DNA of 64,000 nucleotides from Macrostomum lignano (taxonomy: Eukaryota). Shown piece after piece: positions 11,780-22,447 of this stretch. Each line of letters starts with the position of its first letter. The first letter of the stretch is position 1. The notes beneath the pieces are model-generated. The model ran no database searches, had not been told where the DNA came from, and saw nothing but the letters and a program-made list of their open reading frames with translations. Location of the stretch: positions 9,570-73,569 of the forward strand of contig NIVC01000147.1 of the NCBI GenBank assembly GCA_002269645.1, read 5' to 3'. The position numbers and the translations under genes were made by a program.

Positions 11780-12474
11780 GTAGTCTGATGTAGTGTACAG
11801 ATTAGTAGTCTATTTAGTATATGAGAGTTATAGCTCAGATTATGATGCAGTAGTCTATGGTGTGGTAGCTTCAGTCCATTATGCGGTAGTCTATGGTGTG
11901 GTAGCTTCAGTCCATTATGCGGTAGTCTATGGTGTGGTAGCTTCAGTCCATTATGCGGTAGTCTATGGTGTGGTAGCTTCAGTCCATTATGCGGTAGTCT
12001 ATGGTGTGGTAGCTTCAGTCCATTATGCGGTAGTCTATGGTGTGGTAGCTTCAGTCCATTATGCGGTAGTCTATGGTGTGGTAGCTTCAGTTCATTATGC
12101 GGTAGTTTATGGTGAGGTAGCTTCAGCTTATGATGCGCCGCTAGTCTATGGTGTGGTAGCTTAGCTTATGATGTGGTAGTCTATGGTGTGGTAGCTCAGC
12201 TTATGATGTGGTAGTCTATGGTGTGGTAGCTCAGCTTATGATGCGGTAGTCTATGGTGTGGTAGCTTAGCTTATGATGTGGTAGTCTATGGTGTGGTAGC
12301 TCAGCTTATGATGCGGTAGTCTATGGTGTGGTAGCTTAGCTTATGATGTGGTAGTCGATGGTGTGGTAGCTCAGCTTATGATGCGGTAGTCTATGGTGTG
12401 GTAGCTCAGCTTATGATGTGGTAGTCGATGGTGTGGTAGCTCAGCTTATGATGCGGTAATCTATGGTGTGGTAG
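11780..12474. repeat. 36-bp then 35-bp minisatellite of the CTATGGTGTGGTAG family
   Basis: The 36-bp units give the VHYAVVYGVVAS pseudo-ORF. They are followed by 35-bp units and the shared tail. Confidence 0.92.
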
Positions 12475-12826
12475 TGTGGGGTAGGGTGTCTATGGGGTTG
12501 ACATGTCATTCTATTGAGGTAGTGTATGAGTGGTACGGCTATAGTGTAACTTATTCGGTCGCAGTTCCAATTTCTACTGCCAAACGCTGCCTGCACTCAT
12601 TTATTTCGGATGCAGTTTGCTTTTCAAAAAGAACCCCAGCCACCTGGATTTTGGACACAAAGCGTCGGAGCGGCTTCGATTTTAGACTCGAAGTCTCACG
12701 CACTGAAAGCTTCGACTCAGATTTCCAACGAAAATCGGGTTGTTGAATTCTGTTTGGCACTCGAGTGTGTAACTCTGCTCTTGTTGAGCATGAGCTCAGT
12801 TTCTGCTTAGGTAGTGCCTGCCCAAA

Positions 12827-13629
12827 ATGGCACTGTCTAGAATGTACAAGAATATGGCACTGTCTAGAATGTACAAGAATATGGCACTGTCTAGAATGTA
12901 CAAGAATATGGCACTGTCTAGAATGTACAAGAATATGGCACTGTCTAGAATGTACAAGAATATGGCACTGTCTAGAATGTACAAGAATATGGCACTGTCT
13001 AGAATGTACAAGAATATGGCACTGTCTAGAGTGTACAAGAATATGGCACTGTCTAGAATGTACAAGAATATGGCACTGTCTAGAATGTACAGGAATATGG
13101 CACTGTCTAGAATGTACAAGAATATGGCACTGTCTAGAGTGTACAAGAATATGGCACTGTCTAGAGTGTACAAGAATATGGCACTGTCTAGAATGTACAA
13201 GAATATGGCACTGTCTAGAGTGTACAAGAATATGGCACTGTCTAGAGTGTACAAGAATATGGCACTGTCTAGAATGTACAAGAATATGGCACTGTCTAGA
13301 GTGTACAAGAATATGGCACTGTCTAGAGTGTACAAGAATATGGCACTGTCTAGAATATACAAGAATATGGCACTGTCTAGAATGTACAAGAATATGGCAC
13401 TGTCTAGAATGTACAAGAATATGGCACTGTCTAGAATGTACAAGAATATGGCACTGTCTAGAATGTACAAGAATATGGCACTGTCTAGAATGTACAAGAA
13501 TATGGCACTGTCTAGAATGTACAAGAATATAGCACTGTCTAGAATGTACAAGAATATGGCACTGTCTAGAATGTACAAGAATATGGCACTGTCTAGAATG
13601 TACAGGAATATGGCACTGTCCAGAATGTA
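12827..13629. repeat. 27-bp minisatellite (ATGGCACTGTCTAGAATGTACAAGAAT)n, left part
   Basis: About 30 units, interrupted at a TA by the mariner. Confidence 0.97.
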
Positions 13630-14880
13630 TTGGGCTGTTAGGAAAGTTCTGTCCGTTTTGACTAAAATAGGTTGGAACGAGTTTTTATAGGAACGCAGCA
13701 GTGTTACTCAGTAAAATAATTGCCATCGCAATCGATGACCCTCTGCCAACGAGAGGGCAGACTTTGGATGCCAGCTCTGTAGAAATCCTTGGGCTGTGAT
13801 TCAAAAAAGTTAGTAATGCAGTCCTTGACCCCTTTGTCATCTTCAAACGTTTTCTCTTTCAGATGATGGTGCAGCGCTCGAAAAAGATGGTAGTCTGTAG
13901 GGGCCAGATCAGGGCTGTAAGGTGGGTGAGGCAGCACTTCCCAGCCCAGATCCAGCAGCTTTTGTCGGGTCAAATTGGCGGTGTGCGGCCGAGCGTTGTC
14001 ATGAAGGAAGCGAACATGCTGACGCCCTGGACGCTGTGTGCGGAGGCAGTCGGCCACATTCTGCAGCTGGTTACAGTAGAGCTCGGCGGTGATGCTGGTG
14101 TTGGGCGGCAGCAGCTCAAAGTATACAACTCCTTCACTGTCCCACCAACAGCAGAGCATCACCTTCTTAGGGTGCAGTGGAGCCTTTGGCTCTGGCTGTG
14201 GCGGCTTGCCGGCATCGACCCACTGGCGCTTGCGGTGTATATTAACGTACATCACCCACTTCTCATCACCAGTGAGTATTGAGGCCAGCCAGTCTGTTGT
14301 TCTCTTGTAGGAGAGCAGTGAGGTGCAAATGTCTGCTCGGCTTTGACGGTCCCTGTCAGTCAGGTCATGGGGGGTCCACTGTCCGAGCTTGCTTTTCTTG
14401 CCCATGGCAGCCAGGTGTTCAGCGACTTGCACATGGGAGCACCCGAGAGTGGCTGCCAGCTCTCGTGTAGTCTGGTGCGGATTGGCCTCCACAAGTGTCC
14501 GCAGCAGCTCAGTGTCTATCTCAGATGGGCGTCCAGGGCGAGGTTCGTCAGCAAGGCTGTAGTCGCCGCTGCGAAAGCGATCAAACCAACAACGGGCTGT
14601 GCGGTCAGAGACAGCATCCTGGCCAAATGCACTGCACAGGCGTCGAGTCGATTCGGCTGCTGTAATACCTGCTAGAAAATCATATAGCATGCACTGCCTT
14701 AAAGCGATGCTGTTTAATTCAAAATTTCTGGCCATAGTTGGGCGCTGAAAAGCAAATGACTTGGTTAGAATGACCACAACTCTGGCTGTGTATGCATACA
14801 CAAGTATTGGATCCAACACAGCTTCATGATCCTCTGCATAGAAAAATAAAAAAACGGACAGAACTTTCCTAACAACCCAA
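13630..14880 (-). mobile_element. Full-length mariner (DD34D) DNA transposon, 1251 bp
   Basis: 30-bp TIRs TTGGG[C/T]TGTTAGGAAAGTTCTGTCCGTTTT (13630-13659 and 14851-14880, one mismatch). TA duplication at 13628-13629 and 14881-14882. Confidence 0.97.
13704..14735 (-). CDS. Mariner transposase, 343 aa, uninterrupted
   Basis: ATG at 14735. N-terminal HTH region, WTPHDL, TGDEKW, HDNARPH and YSPDLAPTDY motifs, with 34 residues between the second and third Asp. Confidence 0.96.
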   Translation of the reverse strand: MARNFELNSIALRQCMLYDFLAGITAAESTRRLCSAFGQDAVSDRTARCWFDRFRSGDYSLADEPRPGRPSEIDTELLRTLVEANPHQTTRELAATLGCSHVQVAEHLAAMGKKSKLGQWTPHDLTDRDRQSRADICTSLLSYKRTTDWLASILTGDEKWVMYVNIHRKRQWVDAGKPPQPEPKAPLHPKKVMLCCWWDSEGVVYFELLPPNTSITAELYCNQLQNVADCLRTQRPGRQHVRFLHDNARPHTANLTRQKLLDLGWEVLPHPPYSPDLAPTDYHLFRALHHHLKEKTFEDDKGVKDCITNFFESQPKDFYRAGIQSLPSRWQRVIDCDGNYFTE

Positions 14881-16230
14881 TACAAGAATATAGCACTGTC
14901 TAGAATATACAAGAATATGGCACTGTCTAGAGTGTACAAGAATATGGCACTGTCTAGAGTGTACAAGAATATGGCACTGTCTAGAGTGTACAAGAATATG
15001 GCACTGTCTAGAATGTACAAGAATATGGCACTGTCCAGAATGTACAAGAATATGGCACTGTCTAGAATGTACAAGAATATGGCACTGTCTAGAGTGTACA
15101 AGAATATGGCACTGTCTAGAGTGTACAAGAATATGGCACTGTCTAGAGTGTACAAGAATATGGCACTGTCTAGAATGTACAAGAATATGGCACTGTCTAG
15201 AATGTACAAGAATATGGCACTGTCTAGAATGTACAAGAATATGGCACTGTCTAGAATGTACAGGAATATGGCACTGTCTAGAATGTACAAGAATATGGCA
15301 CTGTCTAGAATGTACAAGAATATGGCACTGTCTAGAGTGTACAAGAATATGGCACTGTCTAGAATGTACAAGAATATGGCACTGTCTAGAATGTACAGGA
15401 ATATGGCACTGTCTAGAATGTACAAGAATATGGCACTGTCTAGAATGTACAAGAATATGGCACTGTCTAGAATGTACAAGAATATGGCACTGTCTAGAGT
15501 GTACAAGAATATGGCACTGTCTAGAGTGTACAAGAATATGGCACTGTCTAGAGTGTACAAGAATATGGCACTGTCTAGAATGTACAAGAATATGGCACTG
15601 TCCAGAATGTACAAGAATATGGCACTGTCTAGAATGTACAAGAATATGGCACTGTCTAGAGTGTACAAGAATATGGCACTGTCTAGAGTGTACAAGAATA
15701 TGGCACTGTCTAGAGTGTACAAGAATATGGCACTGTCTAGAATGTACAAGAATATGGCACTGTCTAGAATGTACAAGAATATGGCACTGTCTAGAATGTA
15801 CAGGAATATGGCACTGTCTAGAATGTACAAGAATATGGCACTGTCTAGAATGTACAAGAATATGGCACTGTCTAGAATGTACAAGAATATGGCACTGTCT
15901 AGAATGTACAAGAATATGGCACTGTCTAGAATGTACAAGAATATGGCACTGTCTAGAATGTACAAGAATATGGCACTGTCTAGAATGTACAAGAATATGG
16001 CACTGTCTAGAATGTACAAGAATATTGCACTGTCTAGAATGTACAAGAATATGGCACTGTCTAGAATGTACAAGAATATGGCACTGTCTAGAATGTACAA
16101 GAATATGGCACTGTCTAGAATGTACAAGAATATGGCACTGTCTAGAATGTACAAGAATATGGCACTGTCCAGAATGTACAAGAATATGGCATTGTCTAGA
16201 ATGTACAAGAATATTGCACTGTCCAGAGCG
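14881..16230. repeat. 27-bp minisatellite, right part
   Basis: About 50 units of the same monomer as 12827-13629. Confidence 0.97.
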
Positions 16231-16959
16231 TACACGAAAGGAAGCTGTCACACATTTAGAAAAGAATCATTCATTCACGGACACAAGAGATGAGCCGTGC
16301 ATTCCTGGTCAATCTGTTTTTCTATTTACTTTTTCAAGACTTTGGCTATCTTAGCCTGGGATCTCCAGTTCATGGACTACCAATCTCTGCCGAATCTGTT
16401 AAGTGCGCAGACTGTTATTTCCCACCGAGAGTCGCTCGCATGCCTCCCCCCCCACAGCCCAGTTGCTGCTGCCAATTCCACGCAAAATGCTTCTAACCTT
16501 CAAGAAGTTTCTCCTGCGAACGCGGAAGAATCCCAGTGTGCCTCGGCGCACTAATAGGTGACGCAGAAAAGATGCTGCTTTTAAGGACCGATGCTTGCGG
16601 TGTCGCTACATGGTTGGAATCCCAAGAAAAACGGCTGCATTTGCCTGCTATTCTTGCATTACCTGTTTCAATTTAGCATTATTGATCTAACTGTTCTTCT
16701 CTTCTGCTCGTTAGGCCTGAAGCAGTTCTAGGCCAAACTGCGCACAATTGAATTCTATTTTTATAAAGCAGAAGAAACCTTTATGTCTTTTAGCTGATGA
16801 TGATTTAGCTGCCCTACATTCTCTAAAAGATTGTCCAGTGCAGGGGACGGTGTTTTAAGCAGGATCTTTGAGTGATGTCTGTCTTCTGTTCGGGTTGGTA
16901 AATAACTAAAATTTATTACAGCCAGCCTCCCTGCTATTGCGCACCACATCCTAAAGCTA

Positions 16960-17815
16960 CTCTATGGTGCGGTAGTCCGTGGTGTAGTAGTCTATGATGT
17001 GGTAGTCTATGGTATGGTAGCCGATGGTGTAGCAGTCTATGGTGTGGTAGTCTATGGTATGGTTGCCGATGGTGTGGTAGTCTATGGTGTGGTAGTATAT
17101 GGTATGGTAGTCTATGGTGTGGTAGTATATGGTATGGTAGCCGATGGTGTGGTAGTCTATGGTGTGGTAGCCGATGGTGTGGTAGCCGATGGTATGATAG
17201 TCTATGGTGTGGTAGTGTGGTAGCCGATGGTGTGGTAGTCTATGGTGTGGTAGTATATGGTATGGTAGCCGATGGTGTGGTAGTCTATGGTGTGGTAGCC
17301 GATGGTGTGGTAGCCGATGGTATGATAGTCTATGGTGTGGTAGTGTGGTAGCCGATGGTGTGGTAGTCTATGGTGTGGTAGTATATGGTATGGTAGCCGA
17401 TGGTGTGGTAGTCTATGGTGTGGTAGCCGATGGTGTGGTAGCCGATGGTATGATAGTCTATGGTGTGGTAGTGTGGTAGCCGATGGTGTGGTAGTCTATG
17501 GTGTGGTAGCCTATGGTGTGGTAGTCTATGGTGTAGTAGTCTGTGGTGTGGTAGTCTCTGGTGTGGTAGTCTGTGGTGTGGTAGTCTGTGGTGTGGTAGT
17601 CTATGGTGTGGTAGTCTGTGGTGTGGTAGTCTATGGTGTAGTAGTCTATGGTGCGGTAGTCTGTGGTGTGGTAGGTAGTTTATGGTGTGGCAGTGTATTT
17701 TGTGGTAATCCATAGTGTGGTTGTATATGGTGTGTAGTCTATGGTGTGGTAGTTTATGCTGTGGTAGTCTATGTTGCAGTAATATATGGTGTGGTAGTCT
17801 ATGGTTTGGTAACCT
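16960..17815. repeat. 15-bp minisatellite (GTCTATGGTGTGGTA)n with variants
   Basis: Tandem units sharing the core of the 35/36-bp arrays. Confidence 0.93.
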
Positions 17816-18111
17816 ATGAAGTACTTTCTGATCGGCTGATTCATAGAATTAACAATTGATGTTTGTATGAGGCTACTTATAGAAATGTTTTCGCATGTGA
17901 AAAGAACAATTTACTTAGGCCTTCTAACTAAATACTCTACACACACACAAGCCCTAAATAAATTTGGAACCAGGGGTCGTTTAGCGCGAGATTCAGACGC
18001 GTTTACCGCTCAGCTGCTCTGCCCTATGCTTCTTGACCAAATAAAATTTCATTCTTGGAAAAACTCAGCAAGCAATCTATAATTATGCTTGTCAATCGCC
18101 CCCTCCCACAG

Positions 18112-18227
18112 CCGTAACCAGCGTCAACGCCACACCGCAGCACAAGCAGGCGACTTCCGGCTCTAGAGCCTTCGGCCGCTCCGTGCGACTCTTCCAGCTA
18201 TGCTGCGGCCGGCGGAGACGGTCCTAA
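18112..18227 (+). CDS. Candidate terminal exon (AVTSVNA...RLFQLCCGRRRRS*)
   Basis: Acceptor CCCCTCCCACAG| in a GC-rich island. The phase is compatible with the phase-1 donor at 9630. The linkage is speculative. Confidence 0.25.
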
Positions 18228-21094
18228 CAACCCGGCCGCTAACCGCCCCGATCCCCGGCTCGCTTGACAACAGCTAGACAGGATAAGTGACGGGCTTTAA
18301 ACTGCGCTTTAAACTGCCAAACTTACCGTAGTTCAAATCTTATTACCTGCGGTTATCAAATCCTTAAATTCCGCCGTCATATCTATCCGATCTGTCCCGT
18401 AAATGTTAAATATTGTGTAGTTATGATTTTGAATCTGTAAGAATTAAGCAAGCAGCAATTTACAGGTACGCTGTGGGTGTATAAAATTCCCTATTGGTAC
18501 TGTAACAAGCGCATTTAACTTTCCAATGCGCGGCGCAGTTGGCTCACTCAGCTTTGCACGATAATGTTTTTGCATGAAAATATCTGCTTTAGAAATAATA
18601 ATTCTCACTGTTAGAATCTCTTCTATTGACAGATAGGCGCTAGCTACTGTGCTTGTTTTTATAATTGCAAAGGATTTAGATAGGCCATATTTACCCGTTC
18701 CCTATCTTTATCTGCATTCCCATGTGCACATGCTTAGCTCCTGAGCGGGTTGGAAGCGTCCTCCTCAATGTACATTATTTATCGATCGGTTTAGACTAGG
18801 GCGTGTATGTACATTATTCGTTTTCTATCCCCCCGTGAACGCCCCACAGCCAGCCAAGTCTGTCCCTTATACCCAGCATAGAAAGAGATTGTACATTGAT
18901 CAATGTACATCTTTTGATCGAATTTTTAACCTCGATCTCATCGAAAGGGCAGTCTTAAACTATTTGCTCATAAGTAGTGTATATTGCGCAGAGATTCTCC
19001 TGATTTTGAACAAAACTATTCCTTCTTTCGATCGATATATATTCATAATTTCGGAAGTGTATATAATTTGTTATATTCGTACAAATTTCCAGTCAAGAAA
19101 GCAGTGATGTACTTTTGTTTGGCCCATAGGTTGTGCAACCAATATTAAGCATATCACAGCCTATTTTGCTTAGAAGTCCAGTATTCTAGATAGATAACAG
19201 ACACGCGCAAGAAGTTAAATAGCTTAGCTCGAATTGCGCTTGTCATTATAATTGTGTCAAAGTCGAATTCATTTATATTAGTGCTCGCCATCTCCCTCCA
19301 TTTGTCTTGAATATCAGTCTCGCATAAAGGGATGAAAAACTTCCATTGGGAGAAATCTCAGATCGGAGCTCCCGTCGATTTAATCGAAGGGTTCGGCTCG
19401 TGTTGAGTTGTCCCAGCGTGCGCTGAACTGCCGCGCTCTCAGCGATGAAGCTGGCAGGCAGCTGGGCAACTCGCGAGCGCCGTCTGACATTTCTATGGAA
19501 GTGTGGAAGCGTGAATAACCGGACCGGCTTCTTACTGGAGGCGAGGCAAAAGCAACATCGAATGAAAATCATCAATCCCTTTGATGAATAGCCATTATCG
19601 AAAAATTGTAGTGCTTTTAACAGTTTGTTTCGCCTGTCAGTTCTATAAAAATGTGAATTTCGTGTTCGTTACCAGCTGAAACCAGTTTCGATTTGCTAAA
19701 CAATTAATTTATTGTAGTTTTCAAACTTTCCATCGCTCTGCTCAAACAGATCTCTTGGATGGTCATGATATGTCATGATGGTCATGTATTTCCACTAATT
19801 CGACGAAAGTACGAGACCAGCCAATATAGCATTCATTTAGGCACGATTTTCTGCTTTTTCAGTTTTTTTCTTCTTATTAATAATTTTCGTTTGAGAATTT
19901 TTGTCCGGCAAACAGCCTGTTAGCCAAAAGAGTTTTTTGTTTCGCCTGGTAAATGGGATTAAATTTATCATAGAACGGAGCACAAGCGCACAGCCTTGGA
20001 GAGTCTCTTCATGTTGTTGCTGTTGCTGTTGGTAAGCTGTTGTGCCACTGCATTTGCTTCTTTGATTACTGTGTGTGATGTTTTAATTTGCATCTCAACT
20101 TTGTTTAACTGGAAAGGTATACCTGCAGTTTTTATTAACGCATGTTGTTCCTCGTTGTCTTCAGAATGAACCACCTCAGGCGTTTTTTGAGCCCGCGTCA
20201 CAGTTGCACAAAACGGACCTACATTTCAAATACGCTCGTACTTCACTCGCGAAAGTCACAAATTCAGATGATGTGATCTTTAAGTGTTTCTGAGTCATAC
20301 ACAATAAATACGCTCGTATTGCAGGATGCAGGATACTTGCAGTTGAATGCTTGAAAATAATCCAGACTTTAACTTTTCATTGCCTTTTAGCTAAATTACA
20401 TATGTCCTTCGTTTTTTCATTGGAGGATTGATCGTTTATCTTTGTGTATCCAAGGTTGACTTTGTGTATACCTTGATATTAGGGAATTATAATACCAGGA
20501 TTTCGATTAGGCCTAAATCCCAGGATCACAATTGAAAATCATAACCCAGTTGTCCTGCTTTGATTTATTGATCTTTTAAACATGCAGGCTTGTGAGTAGA
20601 AGGCTAGGGCTGCAGGGATGCAAAACGGGTGTTAGCAGATCGTAAGGAGATTTAAGGTGTAATAATGTATAGAACTTTAAGCAGTTCCTACCTTCAAAAC
20701 TCCTTGGTCATAGTTGGGATTATAACAGTGGGACCTCGCTATCAGATCACAACCCAAGCTATCCAATTCTCCATTTGTAGGGCGGGTGCCTATGTGAAGA
20801 TGAGGTCTCTGATCCCCTTCTACCCCTGGTATCAGTACCTCGGGCCAGTAGCTCTGTAAGCTATCATTCCCCAGACATCACATTCAAGTGTGATGTTCCT
20901 GAGCATGTAAAAAAGCACATCTATTACGCCAGCCCGTACATCACACTCCAATTCAGAGCTCACTGGCAGTTTCTTGTTTGCAAAATATTTTACTCTGTTC
21001 TACTTTTATTATTGTAAGCCTTTTAAAATCAGATTAGATAGCTTTGTAATCCAAAATTGCACCAACCAAGATTAGAAGCTTTTCAAACCCACTA

Positions 21095-21586
21095 ATGGCA
21101 AAACTCTGGATTTTGTACTCGCTACTTGATATGCTCAATTATGAGCTGGTTTGTGCTGCCAGCACTAACCGGCGTTTGTGTACATCGCCAACCCCCCGGC
21201 TTGCGCCCACCCCCCTCCCTCGGGAGGGTTTTTATGCCTGCGGGCTAGCTGAGTTTGTGTCTCGCTGCAATCGTTTGAGGCTACCGCAGCAGGGCCTGTT
21301 CACCATCTCTGGCGGTTCAGCCGGCAGCGCCTCTCTGACATCCCGGATGTTGGACGTGCAGTTCAAGTGCTGGCTCAATAAGGCGGGCATCAGCGCGGCA
21401 GGCTACTCCGTGCACAGCTTGCGGAGGGGTGCAGCCAAATGGGCGGCGCGTTTCGGTCTGTCAGTCAGGGAGATCCAGAGCGTGGGCGACTGGCGCAGCG
21501 ACGCAGTGAACTGTTATTTGTCGCCGGGCGATGCAGCTTTCGGCGCTGCTCGGAAGCTGGCGGTTGCTTTGCTTTCTAGGTGTTGA
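21095..21586 (+). mobile_element. C-terminal fragment of a DIRS/Ngaro-type tyrosine recombinase
   Basis: LNKAGISAAGYSVHSLRRGAAKWAARFGLSVREIQSVGDWRSDAVNCYL contains the HxxR box and the GxWxSDAxxxY catalytic Tyr motif. The N-terminal half is absent. Confidence 0.85.
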
Positions 21587-22115
21587 TCGCCTCCTGGCCC
21601 CTTTGCCTTTTGCGCGTTCCTTTTTCTTTGATTTTCCTTTCGCGCCTGCTTTTGTTTGGTGTTGGGGGCTCCGTTGCCAGGCTCTCTCACCTCGTCTGCT
21701 CGCCAGCTCTGTGTCTTGTGTGTCCTTTGTTGAGGGGGCGGTGTGCACTTACAACGGATTAATGTGTCCTTACGTACGTCTGTCAAGGACACATTATGTC
21801 GTAATGATGGGTCCATAAGTACTTGACTTTTAAATGGGGTGACACGATCAGTGCTAATATGGAAAAAAACCCATGCATTTTCCTTGTTGAGAAAACACAG
21901 CACTCAAGCTGTTTAGTGTAGGAAAGCGCTCCTACTAACAGTTTTTTTATGGTTGAAAGAAGTTGGGAGAATCGTCTCAGTCCGATTGAGCTGGCTCTCC
22001 ATATATCTTAGGGTCACGCCAACTCCTTCGTTAGAGGAGAACGGGTTAGTTAGAAGTTTTAGAAGTTAGAACTCCATCTCAATTAAATCCCATCCGTGAA
22101 ACCCGAACAATGGCG

Positions 22116-22447
22116 GCAGGGGCGTCGCCACCGAGGGGGACAGGGGAACATGTCCCCCCGAGTAAAAGATATGGGGGCATGCCAATGCTTAATTGTCTCC
22201 CCACCCCACCTTGTGACGGCCGTTATGGAAATCAATAATTTTTCTGAAGGGCGACAAAACATAGTGCCTGCGGCGCCAAAATGAGTGCCTGTGGCGCTAA
22301 AGTGAGTGCCTGTGGCGCTAAAATGAGTGCTGACAACACCGATTTCTGAAAACAATGTACATGTAGGAATTTAGTCATGTACAGTATATGTACATGTAGA
22401 ATTCTTGGCTTGTCCCCCCACCATAAAATCCATGGCGACGCCCCTGC
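22116..22447. mobile_element. hAT-like MITE of about 330 bp
   Basis: TIR (G)CAGGGGCGTCGCCA / TGGCGACGCCCCTG(C), flanking direct repeat AATGGCG, and internal GTGCCTGTGGCGCTAAA repeats. Confidence 0.75.

Noticed and set aside
12827-16230. CRISPR-like appearance of regular 22-36 bp repeats here and elsewhere
   Set aside because: Units are contiguous with no unique spacers, there are no cas genes, and the context is eukaryotic.
13704-16235. 843-aa ORF appearing to fuse a repeat domain to the mariner transposase
   Set aside because: The 27-bp monomer simply lacks stops in that frame. The real transposase starts at ATG 14735 inside the TIRs.
19968-20201. Short ORF containing VIKEANAVAQQL, reminiscent of a kinesin-3 stalk motif
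   Set aside because: The match is only about 10 residues, codon usage is AT-rich unlike host exons here, and no other kinesin exons are present.
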